DNA of 64,000 nucleotides from a bacterium (GTDB lineage: Bacteria; SM23-31), in assembly GCA_965249485.1 (NCBI GenBank), contig OZ252239.1, forward strand, positions 1 to 64,000, written 5' to 3'. The translations under genes were made by a program, and so were the position numbers. A model generated the notes under the pieces. It saw nothing but the letters and a program-made list of their open reading frames with translations. It did no database searches and was not told the origin of the DNA. Positions 53,562-62,563 of this stretch are shown here, piece after piece (position 1 is the stretch's first letter; the number at the start of each line of letters is the position of its first letter).

Positions 53562-53945
53562 TTATTTACTGCTAATGTAACTCCCAACTTCCTGCAATTC
53601 TTTAAGGAAAAGATCCCTGTCGTAATTGACACCATTAAAATAAGTGCTCCATCCGGCACCAAATTTAGCAAGCATAACAGCTTCCTGTACCTCTTCCTTG
53701 GAAGCTCCGTGCAATCCAGCTACCCCGCTATGAAAATTGGTGCAATACCAGCATTGCCTTACCGCAGCAACAGCAATCCCGATTAACTCACGGTATTTTG
53801 GCGGTATAGCAGACTCTTCGGTTAAAACAGCTCTTTTAAATAAATACCATTCCGATTCCAGAGAAACTTCCGGTATTTCCTGAAAAAAAGTAGGTACCTG
53901 CCCCAATGCTTCTTTGATTTCGGTAAAAATTTCTTCTCTTGACAT
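53562..53945 (-). CDS. Carboxymuconolactone decarboxylase/AhpD-like protein
   Basis: PPKYRELIGIAVAAVRQCWYCTNFH (CxxC..H), GASKEEVQEA. Confidence 0.9.
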   Translation of the reverse strand: MSREEIFTEIKEALGQVPTFFQEIPEVSLESEWYLFKRAVLTEESAIPPKYRELIGIAVAAVRQCWYCTNFHSGVAGLHGASKEEVQEAVMLAKFGAGWSTYFNGVNYDRDLFLKELQEVGSYISSK

Positions 53946-54066
53946 TTTTCCACCTTTATATTTAGTGATTAATGGTTACATTACTTACTATTCTCAAACA
54001 ATTTTTACTGAGAAAAGAATTGACACTTCAAAGATATCCTTCTTGTGATATAAATATATTTATGAC

Positions 54067-54951
54067 ATGATAAACTTAGAATGGCTTAGAACCTTTAGAA
54101 CAGTATACAAAACGGAGTCCCTGACCAAAGCATCGGAACTTCTGATGATGAGTCAGCCTGCCGTAAGCCAGCATATTGCTGCCTTAGAAGCGCATGCGGA
54201 CAAAAAACTATTCATAAGGAAATCCAGTGGTGTCAAACCGACCAACTATGCAAATATACTTAACAACATGATAGCGAACTCCTTCGATGATCTTGAGGAA
54301 GTTGAATCATCGTTCAATAAGGAATCGTTAAAGCACAAAGTCATCATTAATATTGGTATATCTGAACATTTATATCAGGCAGTTCTTTCCGATAAACTAC
54401 AGCACATAGGCGAATTCGTTCACGTAAAATTTGGAACACAGGAGACTCTCATAAAAGAAGTCGAGGAGGGTACACTAATGTTTGCTGTCATTCCTCAGAT
54501 CGTTAAAACCTTTGATACGGTATGTTATCCGCTCTGCAAACAAAAGCTGGTATTAGTCTGTACATCTGATATAAACATAGAGGAATTTCAGCAACTGTAT
54601 AAAGAAAATAAAAAACGTGCGGAAAGATGGTTATCAAAACAGACCTGGTATTCACATCGCCCCATCACACCCTTCATTAAACAATTTTGGCTGGACGTCT
54701 TTGATAAAAAGCGGCCCACCATCGTACCTAAATTCATCATCCCAAACGAGTATGAGGTACTAAACCAACTATCAAAAGGAAGTGGTTTTGCCATTGCTTT
54801 GGACACAAATGTCAGCCAATTTATTAAAGAAGGAAAACTGGTCTCGATCGAAGTCGAACCCATAATAGAAAGAGACCTTGCTTTGCTTGCAAACAAAAAT
54901 ATCACCAACCACCCTTATACCAAAAACATTGTCAAAGTTCTTTCCGCGTAA
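54067..54951 (+). CDS. LysR-family transcriptional regulator
   Basis: LRTF..SLTKASELLMMSQPAVSQHIAALE..LFIR HTH; divergent from the CMD gene. Confidence 0.92.
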   Translation: MINLEWLRTFRTVYKTESLTKASELLMMSQPAVSQHIAALEAHADKKLFIRKSSGVKPTNYANILNNMIANSFDDLEEVESSFNKESLKHKVIINIGISEHLYQAVLSDKLQHIGEFVHVKFGTQETLIKEVEEGTLMFAVIPQIVKTFDTVCYPLCKQKLVLVCTSDINIEEFQQLYKENKKRAERWLSKQTWYSHRPITPFIKQFWLDVFDKKRPTIVPKFIIPNEYEVLNQLSKGSGFAIALDTNVSQFIKEGKLVSIEVEPIIERDLALLANKNITNHPYTKNIVKVLSA

Positions 54952-55146
54952 CGAGACTTTGCCTCAAGAGTTAAGCCTGATATTGTACTCATACAGTGAT
55001 TGCTATAATAGGTTCATACATTGCATACTACCGGGAAGTAGAAAACATTTGTAAAAGCCAAATGCAAATCTTATTATACTAATACAAAAGTTTCCGAATT
55101 GCTCGGAAAACTCACACATGGTAATATTCAAAAGAAGGAATTTGCT

Positions 55147-56598
55147 ATGAAAGTACAACGATTAATGTGGTCGATTTCTTTATCATTACTCCTTGTGACC
55201 GTTAGCATCACGTTTGCTCAGGTACCTGAAGCAGGCTCAGGAAGAGATGCGGCTAATTTTATCCCGATGCGGGAACGTGTCCAGATCATGCAAAAGATTT
55301 GGGACTGGAAAAGGGAGAACGTACTTCCGATGATAATGCGTGAACAAGGGGTGGATATGTGGATCATTCGTAATGATGAAGAACCGCTTTACCGGCAGAC
55401 CTCGTATAGGGAACATCCTGTTTATAATTCATTACTTCCGGCAAACCATGAGGGACAGGTATATCCGAGTAAATATAAAGGTAAACTATCCGGATTGCCC
55501 GAATTTCTCCTTTTTTACGATACGGGGAGTGACATCGAATATGTTGAACCGGAGAATTATGATCATATAACGCAACTGGTACGGGAACGGGATCCTAAAA
55601 AGATCGCTATCAGTAAAAAGAACCTCTATATTCGACGACGAAATTTTGGCGACACATCACAATTAACAATAGTAACGGGTGATGAAATGCCGCGTGCTCT
55701 GGGAAATAGATATGTTTCCCGCACTATTGATTCGAGGGATCTTAGTATACTCTGGCTTTCTATTATGAGTCCCGAGCAGATAGGTATGTACCGCTATGTG
55801 CAGGGAGTCCAAAATGATGTTATTGCGGAAGCCTTCTCAAACAAGGTGATCATACCCAATCTGACAACAACCGATGACGTAAATTGGTGGATCCGGCATA
55901 AATATCTTGATCTTCATTTAGAAATAGATAACAATCCCGGTGTAGACATCTGGAGAAGACCTACGAAAATTGCCGAATATAAAGAATCCTCCGAACTTTT
56001 TAGGGGTGGTTTGGCAGGCGACGGAAGAACCAACGGCGAGAATCTCATTATCAGACGTGGTGACATCGTCACATTAGACTCCGATATCATGCTGCTCGGC
56101 GTGGAAACCGACTCGCACCAGCATGCGTACGTCCTCCTGGAAGGCGAAACTGATGTTCCGAAAGAATTGAAAGAACTGCTTCGGATTACAAATGATATTC
56201 AGGATGAATACAGGAAAGAATTCATACTGGGTCGTACTGCACAGGAAATCCGCGAAGCCGGTAATAAAATTCCGCACCATCCCAGTATCATCGAATCCAG
56301 CCTCTCGTTTCATCCTCCGCCAATGTTTGTCAGACGGTTTACTGCCAACGATTTGCAATTTTCCCGGGGAACCTATGTTGCGGGAATGGGCAGTGGGTAC
56401 AAACAACATCCGCTTCTATCTCTCGTTATCAAACTCCATTATAATATGATCTTTGCGTATGAACCGCATACCAGCATTGCTGTTCCGGGATGGAGTGAAC
56501 GAGGTATAGATGTAGGAATCGGTCAATTAGCAGCATTTACTGAACACGGATTAGAGTATCTCAATAGACCGATGCTCAAGTGGCATATCGTTAAATAA
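55147..56598 (+). CDS. Exported, divergent M24-like paralog P9
   Basis: MREQGVDMWI, ERDPKKIA, TTTDDVNWW, RGDIVTLD..TDSHQHAY, FHP, AYEP; last Glu ligand replaced (VGIGQ). Confidence 0.8.
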   Translation: MKVQRLMWSISLSLLLVTVSITFAQVPEAGSGRDAANFIPMRERVQIMQKIWDWKRENVLPMIMREQGVDMWIIRNDEEPLYRQTSYREHPVYNSLLPANHEGQVYPSKYKGKLSGLPEFLLFYDTGSDIEYVEPENYDHITQLVRERDPKKIAISKKNLYIRRRNFGDTSQLTIVTGDEMPRALGNRYVSRTIDSRDLSILWLSIMSPEQIGMYRYVQGVQNDVIAEAFSNKVIIPNLTTTDDVNWWIRHKYLDLHLEIDNNPGVDIWRRPTKIAEYKESSELFRGGLAGDGRTNGENLIIRRGDIVTLDSDIMLLGVETDSHQHAYVLLEGETDVPKELKELLRITNDIQDEYRKEFILGRTAQEIREAGNKIPHHPSIIESSLSFHPPPMFVRRFTANDLQFSRGTYVAGMGSGYKQHPLLSLVIKLHYNMIFAYEPHTSIAVPGWSERGIDVGIGQLAAFTEHGLEYLNRPMLKWHIVK

Positions 56599-56736
56599 GT
56601 ATGTACCATGAGATCAGAATAATCAAATAAAAAGTTTTGATTATTTTAATTAGATATTGTTCTAACATTATATAGTGCATTGATCTGGCAGGACTTAATC
56701 TGATTTTACTAAATCTTTTAGGATTAAAAGGAAAAT

Positions 56737-57312
56737 ATGGGATATTTTGATGACATCAATAATGTGCGAGAATACATTAAAATGGTGGAAGGACTTGACG
56801 GTGCGGACCTAGTTGAAGTGTTGAAGAAGTTTGTAGAAAAAGACTCGACAGTATTAGAACTTGGAATGGGGCCGGGAAAAGATCTTGATTTACTGAGTAA
56901 ATCATACATCACAACCGGTTCTGATAGTTCTAAGGTGTTTCTTGAATTATATCGATCAATAAATCCGGATGCTGATCTTTTGCTCTTAGATGCTGTAATG
57001 ATGGATACAGATAGGAAATTCGATTGCATTTATTCAAATAAAGTTCTACACCATCTTACTACAAATGATCTCAGAATTTCGTTTCAAAACCAATATAAGA
57101 GATTGAATGAGAGTGGTATATTATTCCACGCTTTTTGGTATGGGGATAAAGAAGAACAGCATCATGGCTTGAGGTTTGTCTATTATACAGAAGAAACTGT
57201 TGTTGATCTGTTAGACGATAAATTTGAACTGCTTGAATTGAATCAATATAAAGAAGATGAAGAGAATGATTCCTTCTACATAATATTAAAAAAAAGTAAA
57301 TCTCAAAGCTAA
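56737..57312 (+). CDS. Class I SAM-dependent methyltransferase
   Basis: VLELGMGPGKD, FDCIYSNKVLHHL. Confidence 0.88.
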   Translation: MGYFDDINNVREYIKMVEGLDGADLVEVLKKFVEKDSTVLELGMGPGKDLDLLSKSYITTGSDSSKVFLELYRSINPDADLLLLDAVMMDTDRKFDCIYSNKVLHHLTTNDLRISFQNQYKRLNESGILFHAFWYGDKEEQHHGLRFVYYTEETVVDLLDDKFELLELNQYKEDEENDSFYIILKKSKSQS

Positions 57313-57521
57313 CTCAAATAATACCCATTGATTGTGTGTATATTCAATAAATAGGGCTCATCGGCCAGCAAGGGAGTTTGACTCACCGGATTGTGAAAGT
57401 TGGAATGTTTAAAAAAGTTGATTTCTCGGATTCCTTTGTTGGGCAAAAAAATGGATTTAATTATTGCAATTTTTCCTAACCAGCTTCTACTAATTTTTTC
57501 TTGAGATGAGTAATGACATTG

Positions 57522-58610
57522 CTACTTATTAATTTTAATTATTGCATTTGCTCGTTCTTCTAGCTTATTTACCTGCTCTTCTTTCTCAGTCTCTCTGTAT
57601 AACAGTGCCATATTTTGCAGAACTACAGCTACAGTTAAATGATTTGTACCTAAGGCTTTTTCGTATATATCCAGTGCTTGAATAAAAATTGGCTCGGCTT
57701 TGGTGTACTTTTCCTGTATGTAATACAGTGATGCCAGACTGTTCAAGATTTTTGCCATGTTGGGTTCAATTGAATCGGTATCTTTTTCATATATTTCCAG
57801 TGCTTGAATAAAATACGGCTCAGCCTCGGCGTACTTTTCCTGTATATAATACAGTGATGCCAGACTGTTCAGAGTACGTCCAACATCAGAATGGTTCGGT
57901 CCACTGGCATTTTCTCTTATGGCCAATACTCGTTTGAAAAGAGGTTCAGCTTCGGCGTACCTGCCCTGGTCTTTATACAACAATGCCAAATTATTCAGGG
58001 TACTTGCAACATCAGGATGATCCGGTCCACTGTCCTTTTCTCTTATGGCAAGTGCCTGCACGTACAGCGGCTCAGCTTCGTCATACCTGTTCTGAGAATT
58101 ATAAAGTGCTGCCAATCTATAGATGGTTCTTACCATATCAGGATGTTCTGTCCCTAAGGCTCTTTTGTATAGAACCAGTGCCTGATTTAAAAGAGGTTCA
58201 GCTTCTGTATACCTTCCCTGGGAAGTATATATTGCTGCCAGATTTATCAGGGGATTCACCTTGGTGAAAACATCCAAACCTCGTGTCCTTTCACTTAAGG
58301 AAATTGCCCGTATGAGTAACGGTTCGGCTTTGGCATTCATGTCCTGGGCTCTATACATCTCTGCAAGATTGTTCAGGAGGATCACCATGGTGGAATGGGT
58401 TCGACCAAATGTTTTTTCGGCTAATTCTAAAGCCCTTATAGCCACATCCTCTGCTTCAGAGTATTTATCTTGCCGGGAAAGTTCCTCTAACTCATCGATA
58501 AGTATAATGAGCTCCTGCGTTACTTCTTGTTTTGAGGGTTTAAATACAGCACAACCGGCAAGAATGAGAATCAAACATACCACAATAATCCGGTTAAATT
58601 TATATATCAT
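57522..58610 (-). CDS. TPR-repeat lipoprotein (kinesin-light-chain-like 42-aa repeats)
   Basis: Lipobox LAGC; about 7 repeats of HPDVA..LNNLA.LY..QGRY.EAEPL..RAL. Confidence 0.9.
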   Translation of the reverse strand: MIYKFNRIIVVCLILILAGCAVFKPSKQEVTQELIILIDELEELSRQDKYSEAEDVAIRALELAEKTFGRTHSTMVILLNNLAEMYRAQDMNAKAEPLLIRAISLSERTRGLDVFTKVNPLINLAAIYTSQGRYTEAEPLLNQALVLYKRALGTEHPDMVRTIYRLAALYNSQNRYDEAEPLYVQALAIREKDSGPDHPDVASTLNNLALLYKDQGRYAEAEPLFKRVLAIRENASGPNHSDVGRTLNSLASLYYIQEKYAEAEPYFIQALEIYEKDTDSIEPNMAKILNSLASLYYIQEKYTKAEPIFIQALDIYEKALGTNHLTVAVVLQNMALLYRETEKEEQVNKLEERANAIIKINK

Positions 58611-59093
58611 TGGAGTATCTTTCTAATAGTGTTAATCAATATACAATGTCTTACAATTATACATACATGCTAAAAAATTACGGGATTATCTTAAATATGC
58701 AAGAACTTTCTTTAGCAATATCACTAAATCAAATAAAATGAACCATAGTGAGAATTATCTAATATGCAATTTAGATAACTGTCGACCGTAATACAATTAA
58801 AGAATCCCGAATTAATGATTGATTTTAATTCATTCCTCGGGCCGTACGATGCGCGAACCTTTTAAGTATAATTGGTTTGCAGAATTTAAGAGATATTGTG
58901 TGGATTCTGCAGGACTCGAATCTGCGGCTCCAGACAGAACAGTATATTGAATTGAAAAGGATGACATTTATCAAGTAATCAATTTCTGGTTCCTGGATTT
59001 GCTGAGATCAGGGATATACTTTTTTATACTTCAGACGGGTCCCAGTTTTAGGGGCATTCAGATTCACACGGTTGCAGAAAGTTTGTGCTCTTC

Positions 59094-59702
59094 TCATTTT
59101 TGAGGGCAGCAATCCGTGGTTTCAGCCTCTAATTGTCGGATCCGCGTTCTCAGCGATTCTACCGTTTCGCCGATTTCTTCTTCGGTGAACCGTGGTTTTA
59201 TGTGTTGGGGACAGTTCTGATCCCATGCATACACATGGAAGAGGAATACTCGCTCCGGCACACTGCCGTATTCGGGATCGTTCAGTTTCTCCAGTAATTC
59301 GGGATCATCTTCTACGAGCTCCGCTCTTCCCCAGATCTTGATACGACGACGGTTCGCAAAATCCATCAGAAAGATAAAAGATTTTTCATTGTCCTGCAGA
59401 TTCCCAACGGAAATATATTGCTGATTTCCACGAAAATCGACAAACCCAAGTGTCTGTTCATCCAGTACCTTGAGAAATCCCGGTGGACCGCCGCGGTGTT
59501 GGATATAGGGTTGGCCGTCGCCATTGGCGGTCGCCAGGAAAAAAGTGTCTCGCTCCGCTATAAAATCCGCCAACTCCGGCGTGATTGTGTTGCTCCATCC
59601 TCCTCGCTGCTCCATACCACGGTAGATTTGCCGTGATCCGAGACGTTCCTGCACGGCTTTGACTGTATCGGTAAAGGCGATGTCACTGATCGGTCGTTTC
59701 AT
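59094..59702 (-). CDS. Pyridoxamine 5'-phosphate oxidase-like FMN-binding protein
   Basis: FFLATAN..GQPYIQHRGGPPGF, DFRGNQQYISVGN, RRRIKIWG, WDQNCPQHI. Confidence 0.9.
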   Translation of the reverse strand: MKRPISDIAFTDTVKAVQERLGSRQIYRGMEQRGGWSNTITPELADFIAERDTFFLATANGDGQPYIQHRGGPPGFLKVLDEQTLGFVDFRGNQQYISVGNLQDNEKSFIFLMDFANRRRIKIWGRAELVEDDPELLEKLNDPEYGSVPERVFLFHVYAWDQNCPQHIKPRFTEEEIGETVESLRTRIRQLEAETTDCCPQK

Positions 59703-59958
59703 GGCTCTTTTCACCTCTCTTGTGTGGCCACCGGACGCAGCATGAAATAAAATGCCAGTACGGGAAAATTTTGAAAACTTGTAATCACGTATTAAAAACT
59801 TTATGGGTACTGAGGGTAAATTCTCAAGTTAGTTACTCAACCAACTCTATGAAAAAATTCTTTTGGAAAAATAACCATATGAATATAACAATTCAATAAA
59901 TAAGTAAAATATTAAATAACCCTGAGTTAAATAATTGAGAGTGAAAATTTGAGGATGG

Positions 59959-61173
59959 CTAATTATCTGAAGGTCTGTAATCAAAGGGTAATAGTTCTGC
60001 TATCCTATCGAATGTCCAATACCCATACTGCCTGACAAAATAGGGATCTTCTGATATTCCGTACGTGTTAAACGCAGTATTCGTAGAACTAATCCGAATC
60101 CATGATACCTGGTTTATTTCTTGTTGTTCGTCTAAAACAATACTTCCTCCACTACCTGCACTACCGAGACCGCTCATTGGTGTAATAGCAATTCGCTGCT
60201 TATCTCTTTGATACTGATTTATATATCTGTTATCAGCTCGTTCATTTCTATATTCAACCTGTAGATAATCTTCAAACTTTAGTTCTTTCAAATATTTAAC
60301 ACCGGTTGATTCAACAAGTGTATTTGGATAAACAAATCTCACATCCAATGATGATATTACTCTTTTGCCCATATCGTCAGATGGTAATTTTTTTAATTGA
60401 TGCATTAAAAAACCTTCTCCATCTGAAGTTTGTGCATACAAACTTGCCAGAAAGTGCCGTAATGAACCCCGGTATGATTTTAGCCTGTTTTCTCGCCATA
60501 ATTCCATTTCCTGGTCATCGCTCGGTATCATTTCTACAAATTGAGGTTCCCCTGAAAATTGCAGCATATCATTATGTTTGATAAACTGCACAAGTAAATA
60601 ATTTATGTGGTACCCGAGTGAATTATTCACAATTTTAAGTAATCCTGATGCCTGTGCTGTATAGCCACCTGCATCTTTATTAAAAGTTAGTACTTCAGGA
60701 TTGATTACCTCGCAGTGTGAAGCATTATTGGAGATCCCTATAAAGTCCTCTATAAATTTTTTGTAATTTTTTTCCCATTCTCTTAGATCCGTCGCCGATA
60801 CGACAACCTCTCCGGAATCATATATAACTTCTTTCATTCTTACCGATGCGACTCTCAATAGTGGTTTCGATAACTGTATATCCTTCCTCTGAGGAGAATG
60901 CGTTACGTGTGAAACGACGAGGACATATCTTCCAAAGGGAACATTTCTAATCGTATACAGTCCATTTTCATTGGTTGCTGATCCTAACGTTGTATTGGAC
61001 AACCAAACATTGACAAATTGCAGGGGTTCACCGGTATCGGACTCTCTAACGAGTCCCGTAATATCGCCGGTAGGCACTTCCTGAGCAATCAACAAATTTC
61101 CAGACGTAAGAATAATAATAATAACAGATATTGCATACCAACTAATCTTTAATCTCATTATAATCAGATTCAT
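59959..61173 (-). CDS. Exported protein with N-terminal carboxypeptidase-regulatory-like (CarbopepD_reg_2) domain
   Basis: Signal peptide; ITGLVRESDTGEPLQFVNV..TNENGLY..VVSHV; INPEVL, YRGSLRHF, GYW..DRIAELLPFDY. Confidence 0.8.
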   Translation of the reverse strand: MNLIIMRLKISWYAISVIIIILTSGNLLIAQEVPTGDITGLVRESDTGEPLQFVNVWLSNTTLGSATNENGLYTIRNVPFGRYVLVVSHVTHSPQRKDIQLSKPLLRVASVRMKEVIYDSGEVVVSATDLREWEKNYKKFIEDFIGISNNASHCEVINPEVLTFNKDAGGYTAQASGLLKIVNNSLGYHINYLLVQFIKHNDMLQFSGEPQFVEMIPSDDQEMELWRENRLKSYRGSLRHFLASLYAQTSDGEGFLMHQLKKLPSDDMGKRVISSLDVRFVYPNTLVESTGVKYLKELKFEDYLQVEYRNERADNRYINQYQRDKQRIAITPMSGLGSAGSGGSIVLDEQQEINQVSWIRISSTNTAFNTYGISEDPYFVRQYGYWTFDRIAELLPFDYRPSDN

Positions 61174-61686
61174 GTGTCCCTCCTATGAGAAAGGATATCC
61201 GAAATTCCTCATACCAATTCTTTGGAAAAGTTTGACTATGAGCCCTCTTACGTATCCGTATGCTGTCAAAGCGGCATGTCCCCTCATTAATACTATTTTC
61301 AGATAGTTTTTATTCCATTAATGGATTATTTTCAAGTTATTAAACAAAGAAAGATGAGCCTTGAATTTTCAATTAGAAAGAATAAAATATTAAAAAATTG
61401 ATTGAGCTTTGAGTTATGTGCTTGAGAGTGAAAATTGAAGGATGTTTAATTGTTTTTTAGGGTGATTTTTTATGGAGCATGTGTCACGTTTTGCGAACCT
61501 TTTCTATTGATGTTTTACGTTCCTGACGAATGGTAAATATGCGTACCCTTCCATTATAATCTTTATGCGCCGATTGCACTGTTACTGAGGTATCTTCCAC
61601 TTTTGGCCAAGGTATTGGAAATACGATCGGCTTGACATTCTTTTATATATTATCTATATAGAACCATTATAGAAAGTGAAGGTGTC

Positions 61687-62097
61687 ATGAAGATTAAACC
61701 TTTCATACTGGGAGCTCTGGCATATATCCTTCTCACATTTCCCCTTGCAGTAGTCTGGCATGTGCTGCTATTCAAATCTATGTACGTGTCGCTTGGCTAT
61801 TTCTGAGATGAACCAAGTTTCGTGCTCGGTTTTATTGCGATAGTGACACAGGGTATACTCTTATCGTATGGATATCAGATTTTTTACCGGGGCGGGAAGC
61901 AGTGGCTGCAAGGATTGAAATATGGAGCTTTTACCGGATTGTTCCTTTGGTCCACTCATGTGGTTGCGTTTGCAGCAAAACAGGCTATAAGTTCACTGAT
62001 CTTATTTTTTATTATAGAGTCGGTGTACCTCAGCGTGCAGTTTGCCTTATTTGGAATAGTGATGGGCCTGATTTATAGCCGTAGTATATCTAGCTGA
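61687..62097 (+). pseudogene. Small 4-TM membrane protein gene with in-frame TGA at 61804-61806
   Basis: MKIKPFILGALAYILLTFPLAVVWHVLLF..LGYF*DEPSFVLG... continuous with ORF 61822..62097; RBS GAAGGTG. Confidence 0.75.
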
Positions 62098-62196
62098 TGG
62101 AATAAGTGACTTATATATCTTTAAACGGTATCGGTATCTTAAATGGATCCCGTAATATCTCTATCGGTATTTTGAAAGTCATTTATTTCTTATTCT

Positions 62197-62535
62197 TTAT
62201 TTTGTTATATGCTTGATACTCATTGTAATATAATAACGCAAGACTTTCAAATCATCAGTAATTGCCTTAGGTAATACAACATAATCCTTCTTGATTGGAG
62301 CATTAGAAAAATAGCGAAGTTTCTCTGCTTTTTCTTCTTTCAGGAGTTTTTCTCTATTTTTTTCCGGAAGTTTTATTGCAAAACCAGCAGGAGTTAGAGT
62401 GGCGCAAATCTTTCCATTAACATATAACGCTGCTCCACTAAAGAAATGCTTGCACTCTAAATTAACATTTTTAAGTTGGTTTGGCACTGCCTTTTTTTTT
62501 GATTCAGATAACATTTCTAAATATTCTTGTGCCAT
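62197..62535 (-). CDS. TfoX N-terminal domain protein
   Basis: KHFFSGAALYVNGKICA..FAIKL..YF..PIKKDYVVLP. Confidence 0.8.
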   Translation of the reverse strand: MAQEYLEMLSESKKKAVPNQLKNVNLECKHFFSGAALYVNGKICATLTPAGFAIKLPEKNREKLLKEEKAEKLRYFSNAPIKKDYVVLPKAITDDLKVLRYYITMSIKHITK

Positions 62536-62563
62536 TAATATTTATCAGGATTCTTTTTATATG

